Shown here in pieces: positions 37,036 through 46,002 of a DNA stretch of 64,000 bases (the first letter of the stretch is position 1; each line of letters begins with the position of its first letter). Under the pieces are notes generated by a model. It was not told the DNA's origin and did no database searches. It saw nothing but the letters and a program-made list of their open reading frames with translations. The translations under genes were made by a program, and so were the position numbers. The stretch is from a virus, in the IMG/VR virus record IMGVR_UViG_3300021420_000026, positions 6,221-70,220 of that record; one strand, 5' to 3'.

Positions 37036-37299
37036 GTGGCCGCGCATCCACTTCCGGCTGAGGTCAGGGCCGCGCGGTCCTTTCTCCGCCAGCGCGGGAT
37101 TCGCACGGAAGACCTGAGCCCGCGCACGTTCGCGTCCGCGGCGAAGGAGTCCGGGGCCGGGTTCAAGAACACCCTGCGGACCATCGGCCACATGATGATG
37201 GGTGGGCAGAACAGCGCGGCGGACCTCCACGCCCGGATCCAGAAAGAGGCCGGCAATGAAGGATACGACACCGACGATGGGGGAGCTGGCGGAGCGTAG
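37036..37299 (+). CDS. hypothetical small protein
   Basis: 87-aa ORF with GTG start directly after the portal stop. Confidence 0.35.
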   Translation: MAAHPLPAEVRAARSFLRQRGIRTEDLSPRTFASAAKESGAGFKNTLRTIGHMMMGGQNSAADLHARIQKEAGNEGYDTDDGGAGGA

Positions 37300-37480
37300 C
37301 GCCCGGCTCGAGGCGGAATATCGTGGCCTCGGCGGCAGCGAGCGTGCCGAGGATCGTGATAGAATGCGGGCGATCCAGCGAGAGCTGGAGCAGATCACCA
37401 ACCAGTATCTGGAGGCTGCCGATGGCCCGCGAGTACGAAGCAGTTCAAGAAGCGTTGTCCCACTTGCGCGACGACGTTAA
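37256..37480 (+). CDS. hypothetical small coiled-coil protein
   Basis: MKDTTPTMGELAERSARLEAEYRGL...QITNQYLEAADGP; overlaps neighbours on both sides in different frames. Confidence 0.3.
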   Translation: MKDTTPTMGELAERSARLEAEYRGLGGSERAEDRDRMRAIQRELEQITNQYLEAADGPRVRSSSRSVVPLARRR

Positions 37481-37679
37481 CCGTCGATTCGCTCAGGGGC
37501 TGCCGCACGAGGACTACCTCAAAGAGGTGGGCCGGCTCAAGGCCGTGTCAGAGCTGGAGGAGACGGTCAAGAAGCTGAAGCGACAGAGAGGAGATAGCGA
37601 TGACGCTGGAACTGCTGACGGGGGAGTTCGACGAGGTATTGGAGCTGACCGACCAGCTTGGGAAGACGTCCCATTTTGA
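37422..37679 (+). CDS. hypothetical small helical protein
   Basis: MAREYEAVQEALSHLRDDVNRRF...; start chosen at the internal ATG of ORF 37323-37679. Confidence 0.3.
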   Translation: MAREYEAVQEALSHLRDDVNRRFAQGLPHEDYLKEVGRLKAVSELEETVKKLKRQRGDSDDAGTADGGVRRGIGADRPAWEDVPF

Positions 37680-38061
37680 CGTAGAGACTCCGGTCGTCGA
37701 GCCGGGCACGTGGTACGTGACCCTGCTCTGCTACAAGCCCAACGAAGAGACTCGCGGCGGCCTCGCCTTCGCGTCCTCAACCATCGAGGCGCAGAACGTA
37801 TTCCAGAGCGTGGGCAAGGTGCTATACGTCGGCCCGCTCGCGTTCAAGGGACGCACCAACAGCGGCCTCGACATGTCGACGGGGCGCGTGCCCAAGGTCG
37901 GCGAGTACTGGGCGTATCCGCGTCACGCCGGCCAGCCGTATCCGTTGCGCGCGAAGTGGCCCACCGGCGCCAAGGCCATCCAGCTCGTGCTGAAGGACAC
38001 GGAGCTGCTCGGCTACGTTCCCGACCCCGCCGCCATTGTGACGTGGGTGGATGCGGGATGA
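37600..38061 (+). CDS. GroES/gp31-like co-chaperonin (putative)
   Basis: 153 aa; KPNEETRGGLAFASS...SVGKVLYVGPLAFKG...LVLKDTELLGYV resembles the mobile-loop and beta-barrel pattern of Hsp10 proteins. Confidence 0.4.
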   Translation: MTLELLTGEFDEVLELTDQLGKTSHFDVETPVVEPGTWYVTLLCYKPNEETRGGLAFASSTIEAQNVFQSVGKVLYVGPLAFKGRTNSGLDMSTGRVPKVGEYWAYPRHAGQPYPLRAKWPTGAKAIQLVLKDTELLGYVPDPAAIVTWVDAG

Positions 38062-38426
38062 CGATTCTCTTGGTGACGGGCGGGAGGGAGTACGACGACC
38101 GCAAACGATTTTCCGCCGAACTCGGGCAGTTCCGCCTCCGCGCCTACGAAGACCTCATCGTCAACGGCGGGTGCCCGACAGGCGCTGACTTCTTGGCTCG
38201 TCTCTACGGCGAGACGTTTTTTATTCCCGTCCTCACTGTCCCCGCCGACTGGTACAGCGCTCGCGGTAAGGCTTCTGGCCCGTATCGTAACGCCCGCATG
38301 CTCAACGCCTTCGGCCTCCGGCCAGACAAGGTTCTTGCGTTTCCCGGTGGAAAGGGTACAGCCTCTATGGTCGGGCTGGCTCGACAGTCCGGAATCGAAA
38401 TCGTCTACGCCGGCCGCGATGGGTGA
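38056..38426 (+). CDS. SLOG/DUF2493-like Rossmann-fold protein
   Basis: MTILLVTGGREYDD...LIVNGGCPTGADFLA...AFPGGKGTASMV; ATGA overlap with the previous gene. Confidence 0.5.
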
Positions 38427-38704
38427 CGTTCTGCCGCACGAGCGGCGCGCGCCGCGCCCGCGCATTTCAAGGCGCGGATGCTCGTGTCCGCAGTGCGATC
38501 CGCGCAGCAACGACGAGAAGATGAAGGCCGTCTTCGAGGGCTTCATCCCCGTCGCCGCCAATCTCCGCGCAGGCAGAAAAACGCCGAAGAAGTAGAGCTG
38601 CTATACTGCTTTCAGGTGACACGCTTCGCCTGAGATGGCGAGTTGGTCCCTACCCACTGCACGGGTTCGTCCCGTCAGGCGAATTATAAGAAGAAAGGGA
38701 CACC

Positions 38705-39781
38705 ATGCCCAAGACCTACGAGCACACGTTCTCTGACCTGAACGGGCAGCCCGACGAACCTGTGGACACACAGGTCGATCTCGGCACACCGGCGCGTGAA
38801 GACGCGACCGGCGCCATCATCAACCCGGCTCCGGGCAACCCGGACAAGGGGAAGGCCGATCAGTTCGGCGACCTCGGCGGGAAGAAGGGTGACGCGGACG
38901 AGGGTATCGATATCGTCGACGGTGACGAGTCGCAGGCAGCGACCACCACCGATGATGACGAGACCACCGACGGTGAAGACGAAGACCTGAAGGGTCTGAG
39001 TCAGTCAGCGCGCCAGCGCATCATGCGCGAGCGCAACCTCCGTCAGGAGGCCGAAGCCCGTCAGCGCGAGACCGAAGCCCGGTTCGCGGAGCTGAACACG
39101 AAGGTCGACCTGCAGGCGAAAGAGACCGAGTGGTCGCGCGCCGACGAGAAGGCCGACACCGAGCTGACTTCGCTGAAGACGGCAAAGGCCGCGGCGATGG
39201 AGGCCGGCGAGACCGCCAAGGTTGTGGATCTTGACGACAAGATCACCGACATCAAGGCGGACAAGCGTGCTCGAGAAGCGGAGCGCGCTCGGCTCCGTGA
39301 GGCGGCGACGAAGAAGCCAGATGCGGCAGCGGCCGCAGCTTCCAAGAAGCTCCACCCCAAGGCAGAGGCATGGATTCAGGCGCACCCCCAGTACCAGAAC
39401 AACGCCTCGTTCCGAGCTGCGGCTACGGCTGCAGACGCGCTCCTCTATCAGGGCGGTCAGAACCTGAACAGCGACCAGTACTACGTGAAGCTCACGAAGA
39501 TTCTGGCCGATCAAGGGTTCGACATCAAGCCCGATGACCCGTATCTGAAGGTCCGCAAGCAGCCCCGACCGGGCCCGCGTGGCGGCGGCAGCGACGGAGT
39601 CCGAGGTGGTCAGACCAACACGCAGGTCAATCGCGACGCCAACGGTCGCACGCGCGTGGTGATCACCAAGGAAGACAAGGCGATGGCGGCGGCTATGGGC
39701 CTCGACGTGAGTGACCCCAACGTGCTGCGCAGCATGGCCCGAGAGAAAATCTCGCAGGCCCGCGCCGAGAGGAGTGAGTGA
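38705..39781 (+). CDS. scaffolding protein (putative)
   Basis: Good SD aaggga; acidic N-terminus (DGEDED) and long Ala/Glu/Lys/Arg-rich coiled coil; lies between the portal and capsid genes. Confidence 0.55.
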   Translation: MPKTYEHTFSDLNGQPDEPVDTQVDLGTPAREDATGAIINPAPGNPDKGKADQFGDLGGKKGDADEGIDIVDGDESQAATTTDDDETTDGEDEDLKGLSQSARQRIMRERNLRQEAEARQRETEARFAELNTKVDLQAKETEWSRADEKADTELTSLKTAKAAAMEAGETAKVVDLDDKITDIKADKRAREAERARLREAATKKPDAAAAAASKKLHPKAEAWIQAHPQYQNNASFRAAATAADALLYQGGQNLNSDQYYVKLTKILADQGFDIKPDDPYLKVRKQPRPGPRGGGSDGVRGGQTNTQVNRDANGRTRVVITKEDKAMAAAMGLDVSDPNVLRSMAREKISQARAERSE

Positions 39782-40425
39782 TGGCTACCGAACCCGGGCA
39801 GATGAGTGGGGAAGAGAATTTTGTGCCTCGTGTCGATGACTTCGACATGGAGGACGTTCCTGATGAGGCGCTGCGAGCGGAACTCGCCCGGCGCCACAAG
39901 AACAAGCAGGCTGCGCTCCGGCGCGATGCGGTTCAAGTCCACGGCGTGGAGCACAGCCACGACACCGCGGACGATCAGGAAGGCGATGTTGACGTAGTCG
40001 AGCGAGAAGCCGACGCGATTGAGTGGCAGGATCCCTCGAACCTCGAGGCCCCGCCGCCCCGTCCCGGCTTCGTACAGAGGTGGATCCGCAGCGCGTTCCG
40101 TACCGGGGAAGACCCGGCGAGCCTGCAGCGGGCTCACCGTGAGGGATGGCGCCCGCGCGCACTGGGTACAGTGCCGAGCGGGTACGCACCGGCAACCATG
40201 ACTCACAAGCAGCTCGGCGATGTGATTGCCGTTGAGGGGCTGATCCTTATGGAGCTGCCCGCGAGAGTGGCGAAGGCTCGGAAGAAGTTCTACGACAAGC
40301 TCATGGCTGCGCAGAACGAGGCAATCGAGCGCGACATTCACAAAGATGAGCGCCCCGGCAAGCCAATCATTGCCGAGCGCCGCACAACGGTAACACGCGG
40401 TCGCCGACCGGACGCGGGGGATTGA
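39778..40425 (+). CDS. head-associated hypothetical protein
   Basis: 215 aa, translationally coupled to the scaffold stop. Confidence 0.4.
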   Translation: MMATEPGQMSGEENFVPRVDDFDMEDVPDEALRAELARRHKNKQAALRRDAVQVHGVEHSHDTADDQEGDVDVVEREADAIEWQDPSNLEAPPPRPGFVQRWIRSAFRTGEDPASLQRAHREGWRPRALGTVPSGYAPATMTHKQLGDVIAVEGLILMELPARVAKARKKFYDKLMAAQNEAIERDIHKDERPGKPIIAERRTTVTRGRRPDAGD

Positions 40426-40468
40426 TCCCCCGGAGTCGTGGTAGGGATCGCATCAAGGAGATTTCTAC

Positions 40469-41065
40469 ATGACTTCTACGCTTCCGCAGGGCCCCTACGG
40501 CTTCAAGCCGATCCGGCACCAGAACGGTGGTCTCGTTCGTCCCAACACGAACGGTGGATACACCATCGCGTCGAACTACGGCACCAGCATCTTCGCCGGT
40601 GACCTCGTGTCGACCACGGGTACGGGTCGCAACGTGCAGGTAACGGCTGTCGCCGGCACCGCGCGCGGCGTCTACATGGGCTGCCAGTTTGTCGACTCGT
40701 TCGGCAACGTCCGCTTCGAGAAGGTGTTCGTGACCGGCATTCCCATTGCCACCGGCACCGTGATCAACGCCTTCGTCTACGATGACCCGCTCATCGTCTT
40801 CAAGGCGCAGACGGGCAACGGCTCCATCGCCAACACAAACATCGGCGCCTACTACAACCACGGCGGACAGGCCAACGGGTCACTTCTGACCGGCATGTCA
40901 GCTGAGTACGTCGACGCCGCCACCCACGCGAACACGAGTAAGACTCTGTTTGCCGTCAACCTCACCCAGATCCCCGGAAACGATTTCGGCGGCTTCTCGG
41001 AACTCGAGGTTCTGATCGGTAAGCATGAGCTGAACCCGGGTACGTACGTGGCAACTGGCTCCTAA
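40469..41065 (+). CDS. beta-rich head protein (capsid decoration or second capsid component)
   Basis: Perfect SD aaggag 8 nt upstream; Gly/Thr/Asn-rich beta-type composition. Confidence 0.45.
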   Translation: MTSTLPQGPYGFKPIRHQNGGLVRPNTNGGYTIASNYGTSIFAGDLVSTTGTGRNVQVTAVAGTARGVYMGCQFVDSFGNVRFEKVFVTGIPIATGTVINAFVYDDPLIVFKAQTGNGSIANTNIGAYYNHGGQANGSLLTGMSAEYVDAATHANTSKTLFAVNLTQIPGNDFGGFSELEVLIGKHELNPGTYVATGS

Positions 41066-41091
41066 GCCGGCAACCAAGGGGAATAGCCAAC

Positions 41092-42000
41092 ATGGCAATG
41101 AATCGTTCACTGTTCAAGAAGCAGCTCCAGCTGGGCTTGAACACCGTCTTCGGGATGGAGTACAACCGGTACCCCGAAGAGTGGCGCGACATCTTCGACA
41201 TCAACACCTCGGTGAAGGCGTACGAAGAGGACGTGCTGATGGCGGGTCTCGGGACCGCCCCGGTCAAGACGGAAGGTCAGGCAGTGACATACGACGAAGG
41301 CGCAGAGTCCTACGTCGCGCGTTACATCCACGACACGATTGCGCTGGCGTTCGCGATCACTCAGGAAGCGGAAGAGGACGGCCTCTACGGTTCCATCGCG
41401 GGCAAGTACAGCAAGTCGCTGGCACGTGGACTGCAGAACACCAAGGAAGTGAAGGGTGCCAACATCCTGAACAACGGCTTCTCGGCGTCCTTCCCGGGCG
41501 GCGACGGCGTCGCGCTGTTCAGCACCGCGCATCCGATCTGGGGTGGTGGCACGCAGGCCAACATGTTCTCGACTCAGCCGGACCTCACCGAGGCCGCGCT
41601 CGAGGCGACGGACATCAGCATCGGCCTGTGGGTCGACGAGCGTGGCATCCGCATGGCTGCCAAGCCCAAGCGCCTCATCGTTCCGAACGGGAACAAGTAC
41701 GTTGCGCAGCGCCTGCTGTTCAGCGAGTTCCGTCCGGCAACGGGTGACAACGACATCAACGCGCTGAAGTCCCTCGGGACGTATGCCGGTGGCGTCAGCG
41801 TCAACCACTACCTGACCGATCCAATCGGCTGGTACGTGAAGACGGACGTGGCGGACGGCCTCAAGCACTTCGTGCGTAAGAAGGTCGAGCGCGGGATCGA
41901 GGGCGACTTCGAGACCGGGAATATGCGCTACAAGGCGCGCGAGCGGTACAGCTTCGGCTGGAGCGATTACCGCGGCGCGTGGGGAAGCGCGGGCACCTGA
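41092..42000 (+). CDS. major capsid protein (putative)
   Basis: SD aagggga; 302 aa; followed by the strongest intrinsic terminator in the window; last gene of the head operon. Confidence 0.5.
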   Translation: MAMNRSLFKKQLQLGLNTVFGMEYNRYPEEWRDIFDINTSVKAYEEDVLMAGLGTAPVKTEGQAVTYDEGAESYVARYIHDTIALAFAITQEAEEDGLYGSIAGKYSKSLARGLQNTKEVKGANILNNGFSASFPGGDGVALFSTAHPIWGGGTQANMFSTQPDLTEAALEATDISIGLWVDERGIRMAAKPKRLIVPNGNKYVAQRLLFSEFRPATGDNDINALKSLGTYAGGVSVNHYLTDPIGWYVKTDVADGLKHFVRKKVERGIEGDFETGNMRYKARERYSFGWSDYRGAWGSAGT

Positions 42001-42027
42001 TCGCCAGCTCAAGTGGCAATCCAAGAA

Positions 42028-42056
42028 GGGGCCCGGCGACGGGCCCTTTCTTTTTG
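42028..42056 (+). terminator. rho-independent terminator after the capsid gene
   Basis: GGGCCCG-GCGA-CGGGCCC perfect 7-bp stem followed by TTTCTTTTT. Confidence 0.65.
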
Positions 42057-42068
42057 GGGTGTGCTACT

Positions 42069-42293
42069 ATGAGCGGGACATTTAGAGACGTGCGTGCTGC
42101 GAAGCGCAAGCGAGGCTTGGCTCCGCCGGATCGCTACTGGGCGTGGCGAGAGCCATCGAGCTGGCACCACGAGATGACGCACGTGCCGGCGCGTGCGGAG
42201 CTGCGGCAGAAGCTGCATGCGGTGGTGAGCGGCAAGGCGGAAGACGATGGAAACTTCCCCGACCACAAGAAGCCGCACGTGTATTATTGGTGA
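42069..42293 (+). CDS. hypothetical small protein
   Basis: 75-aa ORF ending 1 nt before tRNA-Gly. Confidence 0.35.
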   Translation: MSGTFRDVRAAKRKRGLAPPDRYWAWREPSSWHHEMTHVPARAELRQKLHAVVSGKAEDDGNFPDHKKPHVYYW

Positions 42294-42367
42294 GCGTGGC
42301 TGGTGCAATGGCAGCATGACAGTCTTCCAAACTGACGATGAGGGTTCGAGTCCCTCGCTGCGCTCCA
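42294..42367 (+). tRNA. tRNA-Gly (anticodon TCC)
   Basis: Manually folded: 7-bp acceptor stem with two G-U pairs; anticodon stem ACAGT/ACTGA with a terminal A-A mismatch; loop CTTCCAA (U33, anticodon UCC, A37); T-arm GAGGG-TTCGAGT-CCCTC; 3-prime CCA encoded. Confidence 0.75.
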
Positions 42368-42373
42368 TAGTTT

Positions 42374-42449
42374 AGGCGCCAATGTTCCAAGGCTGGCGAC
42401 GCCTCCTCCAAAGCGGTGTGGCAAGGTTCGATTCCTTGGGTGCCTGCCA
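42374..42449 (+). tRNA. tRNA-like gene, possibly tRNA-Trp (CCA); D-arm and anticodon stem imperfect
   Basis: 7-bp acceptor stem AGGCGCC/GGTGCCT; T-arm CAAGG-TTCGATT-CCTTG; CCA encoded. The best anticodon fold gives loop CTCCAAA with one stem mismatch. Confidence 0.4.
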
Positions 42450-43048
42450 GAATTGTGGTAGACTGCTGGTGTTGACTTAACCTAACCAAGAGGAAGCCAC
42501 TGTGAAAAACTTTCTTGCCCTTGTGATTCTGGCGCTGTGTAGTCTCTCAGCGCAGGCCCAGACGTCGATTGACCTGCCGACACCGCAGACCCTTGCGCTT
42601 GCGCAGCCTGTGCAGACTTTCTTGTGTTACGCCGATCAGGTGAACCTGAAGGTGTATAGCACCGCGGTAACCGGCTTCAGCGCCGACGGCAACTACGTCA
42701 CGGGTCAGGTTCCGGCCTACTTCACCTGCGGGCACAGCGGGCGCGGCGCTACCATCCACACGTACTACTCGTGCGCGCAGTTGACGTGGGACTTATCGGG
42801 GAATCTTGTGAGTGCAACGGACACCGTTCAGTTCGCCAGCAACGGCGCGCCGGCCTCATACAGCTGCCCCGACCTCGGTCTGGTGATGCCGTCGCGAACG
42901 CCGCCGAGCACGACGGTGGTCGGTAACTCGTTTACGAACGACGGCGGCTATGTCGCCGAGACGTTGCTGTCACAGCCGTGCGGATCCATCGCCTGCTACG
43001 GGCAGCCGATATACGGCCCGATTCTGTTGACGCCTTGATCAGGGCGGC

Positions 43049-43124
43049 GCCCCGGTAGCTCAGCGGCCAGAGCCGCCGGTTGTCTACCGGAAGGTCGTGG
43101 GTTCGAGTCCCACCCGGGGCGCCA
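43049..43124 (+). tRNA. tRNA-Asp (anticodon GTC)
   Basis: Perfect acceptor stem GCCCCGG/CCGGGGC; D-stem GCTC/GAGC; anticodon stem CCGG/CCGG with loop TTGTCTA; T-arm GTGGG-TTCGAGT-CCCAC; CCA encoded. Confidence 0.7.
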
Positions 43125-43158
43125 TATATCGAGCGCAATGCGCTTACGGATCGATTGC

Positions 43159-43234
43159 TGGGGAGTAGCTCAGTAGGTAGAGCGACTCGCTGTTAACGAG
43201 AAGGCCGCAGGTTCGATCCCTGCCTTCCCAGCCA
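43159..43234 (+). tRNA. tRNA-Asn (anticodon GTT)
   Basis: Acceptor stem TGGGGAG/CTTCCCA; D-stem GCTC/GAGC; anticodon loop CTGTTAA (U33, GUU, A37); T-arm GCAGG-TTCGATC-CCTGC; CCA encoded. Confidence 0.8.
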
Positions 43235-43241
43235 ATTCGAT

Positions 43242-43318
43242 GGGAGGGTAGCTCAGCTGGCAGAGCACGCGACCGATAATCGCGAGGCCGCAGGTTCGAT
43301 CCCTTCCCACCCCCACCA
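43242..43318 (+). tRNA. tRNA-Ile-like (anticodon GAT), possibly degenerate
   Basis: Perfect D-stem and anticodon stem (CGCGA/TCGCG, loop CCGATAA), but T-stem and acceptor stem have mismatches; looks like a copy of the tRNA-Asn 3-prime half with a 3-nt deletion. Confidence 0.45.
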
Positions 43319-43540
43319 CTTCCTGTGCTATGCTTATCAGGACATCTCGATTTGCGAACACAGGAGGCAGGAACGTGAAGAACTAGTACTACCCTCAATT
43401 CACATCACATACATAGCAGCGAGAAATAGGCCCCGGGGGTTGCAGACTCCGGGGCCTTCTGCTATCCTGATCTCGTCCATGGTAGCCTCAGGAGGCAGTC
43501 ACCGAGCGTACGCAACAAAATCCGTAAGCCCAAAAGAAGC

Positions 43541-43570
43541 GCCGCAAGACTTACATTGCGGCGTTTTCTT
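43541..43570 (+). terminator. putative rho-independent terminator
   Basis: GCCGCAA-gacttacat-TTGCGGC stem followed by GTTTTCTTTG; lies in the AT-richer 230-bp spacer after the tRNA cluster. Confidence 0.4.
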
Positions 43571-43585
43571 TGCTATACTCCGGTC

Positions 43586-43750
43586 ATGATCATAACCTTC
43601 CCAGTTGAGCGTACCGAGGGCGGCCAGCTTCAGATGGCGTGGGACAAGTACCAGAGCGCGCGGTGGAGCGGCGGCATGGACGATCTCCCGCTCATCGAGC
43701 GCACCGCGGAGTTCGAGCGCCGCCTGCAAGAGATCGTTCGTGGATCGTAG
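43586..43750 (+). CDS. hypothetical small protein
   Basis: 54 aa (MIITFPVERTEGG...) downstream of a TATACT hexamer. Confidence 0.3.
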   Translation: MIITFPVERTEGGQLQMAWDKYQSARWSGGMDDLPLIERTAEFERRLQEIVRGS

Positions 43751-43915
43751 CGAGTGGCTTGGCTTTGTGACCGGCGCTCTCGGCTGCGCGTTGCTATTCG
43801 CGGCCACGGTGGCCGTATGCTTTCTCGTCTCCGGGTGCTCGGTCCTCGAGCGCTCGGGCTTCTACCAGATGTCAGACCGGTGGTGCGCCAAGCACCCCGA
43901 TGCACCAGCGAGGGC

Positions 43916-44326
43916 ATGCAAATGAAAATTCTGTTGGGCGCGAAAGACGGTGGCCCGGAGTCCCGGGTTCGTGTGTGGGGTATCGAGTCCAAGCGCTGGG
44001 GGTCGGCGCTGCTGCTCAAGTTTGAGCGCGGCTCGCGCGAGGCCTACCACACCCACGCCTTCAACTCGGTGTCGTGGGTGCTCAGCGGCGGCCTGCTGGA
44101 GAAGTTCGTCTTCGGCGCTAAGCCAATCAAGTACCTGCCGTCGTTGCGTCCGGTGCGCACCTACCGCACGACCTTTCACATGGTCGAAGGCATTGCAGCC
44201 ACCACGTGGGTGCTGAGCTTCCGCGGACGATGGCTCAACCGCTGGCGCGAGTACCTGCCGAAGACGCGCTCGGCAATCGTTTTAACACACGGCAGGAAGG
44301 AAATTTCTCATGACGTCGGAGTATGA
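43916..44326 (+). CDS. hypothetical protein
   Basis: Start at MQMKILLGAKDGG; the rest of ORF 43754-44326 upstream is Arg-rich. Confidence 0.45.
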   Translation: MQMKILLGAKDGGPESRVRVWGIESKRWGSALLLKFERGSREAYHTHAFNSVSWVLSGGLLEKFVFGAKPIKYLPSLRPVRTYRTTFHMVEGIAATTWVLSFRGRWLNRWREYLPKTRSAIVLTHGRKEISHDVGV

Positions 44327-44639
44327 AGCGTTCGTCCGTAGCACGATGTTTACGAGCGAGAAGCGCGACCCGCGCGTAGCGCTGGCCGTGTACGGGCTCG
44401 GGCTTGCCGGCGAGGCCGGCGAGGTCATCGAGCCCATCAAGAAGAACATCGACCGCGACAAGCCCATCGACCCCGAGCAGTTCGCGCTTGAGCTGGGCGA
44501 CGTACTCTGGTATCTGACGGCGCTCGCCATCAGCGGGGGCTTCACGCTCGAGGACATCATGAAGCGCAACGTCGACAAGTTGTCGAAGCGCGCAGCCGAG
44601 GGCACGCACGGGTTCCTGAAGGGGCAGTTGCAGCGATGA
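44310..44639 (+). CDS. MazG-like nucleoside triphosphate pyrophosphohydrolase
   Basis: LAGEAGEV...EQFALELGDVLWYLTALAISGGFTLEDIMKRNVDKL is the canonical MazG EExxE/D helical signature. Confidence 0.65.
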   Translation: MTSEYEAFVRSTMFTSEKRDPRVALAVYGLGLAGEAGEVIEPIKKNIDRDKPIDPEQFALELGDVLWYLTALAISGGFTLEDIMKRNVDKLSKRAAEGTHGFLKGQLQR

Positions 44640-44963
44640 ACGATAAGACACCGAGCCGCCCGCGCTCGCGCTGGCTGGGCTCGTCATTCCAGCACCGGCC
44701 GACGCCGCGCTACGACCAGCGCGCTGACGGCTCCGTGCTCGCCAAGGCCGCATCTAATCCGGGCTGGCACCGCGGCGCCCGAGTGAGGAGGGTGAAGTGA
44801 GCAAGCAGTTCACCGTGCGTGCGCGCGAAACGGTCATCAGGGAGTACACGTACGACGCCGAGACCGAGGAGGAGGCGCGCGATGCCTTCCGGCAGGGTGA
44901 CAATACCTCCTGCTTGGAGGTCGATCTCGTCGATACAGAGATCCTGTCAGTGAAGGAGGACAA

Positions 44964-45182
44964 ATGAAGCAGAAGGCACAGAGGCGCCTCGAGGCCATCC
45001 GCCGTCTCGAGGCCACGCCGGCAGACTTCTCCACGTACACCGACAAGGAACTGGACGTCCTCGAGGGCACGCGCTCCGTGAAGCGCAAGGTCACCACCGA
45101 GGCCGAGCGCCAGCTCGTTGGCGTTCGCCGCCGCGTCGAGGCCGCACGCCTGCGCGAGCAGTTCGGGCTGGAGGGCAAGTGA
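44964..45182 (+). CDS. hypothetical small protein
   Basis: 72 aa; ATGA-coupled within the 44310-47449 operon. Confidence 0.35.
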   Translation: MKQKAQRRLEAIRRLEATPADFSTYTDKELDVLEGTRSVKRKVTTEAERQLVGVRRRVEAARLREQFGLEGK

Positions 45183-45463
45183 AAGTATTCGACACCATCG
45201 CCGCCAACGACATCGCCGAGCGTGTAGTGGACGCCGCCGTAGTGCTCGAGCACACCGGGCTGCCGGACGATGAGCTGGAAATCTCATTCACCATCACCCC
45301 TGATGAGTTGCGGCGCGTGGTGCTGCAGGCGCTCGAGGATTACAGCGACGCGCAGGAGCCTGCCCCGTCACCGCCGCCGGTGGTCGACTGGAAGCGGCAC
45401 AGCCACAAGCGCGTGGAAAAGAATGGCCGCGCGGTGTGCGAGGGCTGCGGGGTCGATCTGTGA
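45179..45463 (+). CDS. hypothetical small protein with C-terminal Cys pair
   Basis: 94 aa; GTGA overlap upstream; CEGCGVDL at the C-terminus. Confidence 0.35.
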   Translation: MKVFDTIAANDIAERVVDAAVVLEHTGLPDDELEISFTITPDELRRVVLQALEDYSDAQEPAPSPPPVVDWKRHSHKRVEKNGRAVCEGCGVDL

Positions 45464-46002
45464 CCAACCGGGTGTTCGTGGACATGGATGGCGTGGTGGC
45501 TGACTTCGCCGCTCTCAAACGCAAGCTCGATCTCGATGGCGACCGCGTGAAGAACATCCCCGGCGCCTTCAAGGATCTGAAGCCGCTGCCGGGAGCGATT
45601 GAGGCCGTGCGCTCGCTCATAGGTATGGGCTTCGAGGTCTGGATCGCGACGAAGCCGCCCACAGGGAACGCGGCCGCGTACGCCGACAAGGCAGCGTGGA
45701 TCCTCGAGCACCTGCCAGAGCTGAAGCGCCGCATCATCATGACGCACGACAAGGGCCTGCTCGGTGACGACGAGGACTACCTCATCGACGACCGCGTGCA
45801 CAAGGCCAACTGCAAGGAGTTCAAGGGCGTCCTCATCGACTTCGGTAACACCTGCGCCGGCTTCCCGGGATGGCCCGAGGTTCTGGAGTTCATGCGCCAT
45901 GAACGAGATTGGATTGACCGTCTGTCAAAGCTGGTGCATGATGGGCCGCCGCTTGAGTGGCCGCCGATTTACGACGCGATTGGCGCGCCGGAGGACGTAT
46001 GA
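45460..46002 (+). CDS. HAD-superfamily 5-prime(3-prime)-deoxyribonucleotidase
   Basis: N-terminal VFVDMDGVVADF (DxDxV nucleophile motif) plus WIATKPP and IDD motifs; GTG start overlaps the previous TGA. Confidence 0.6.
   Translation: MTNRVFVDMDGVVADFAALKRKLDLDGDRVKNIPGAFKDLKPLPGAIEAVRSLIGMGFEVWIATKPPTGNAAAYADKAAWILEHLPELKRRIIMTHDKGLLGDDEDYLIDDRVHKANCKEFKGVLIDFGNTCAGFPGWPEVLEFMRHERDWIDRLSKLVHDGPPLEWPPIYDAIGAPEDV

Noticed and set aside
35281-37401. 706-aa minus-strand ORF antisense to the portal gene
   Set aside because: Off-frame text, Arg/Ala-rich and with no start context; the portal frame has clear coding bias and synteny after terL.
42009-42489. Minus-strand ORFs overlapping the terminator and tRNA-Gly/tRNA-like genes
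   Set aside because: They overlap structural RNA genes and an intrinsic terminator; the products are low-complexity.
43499-43807. 102-aa minus ORF across the post-tRNA spacer
   Set aside because: It spans a predicted terminator hairpin and an AT-richer non-coding spacer and is antisense to the small plus-strand gene; no RBS.
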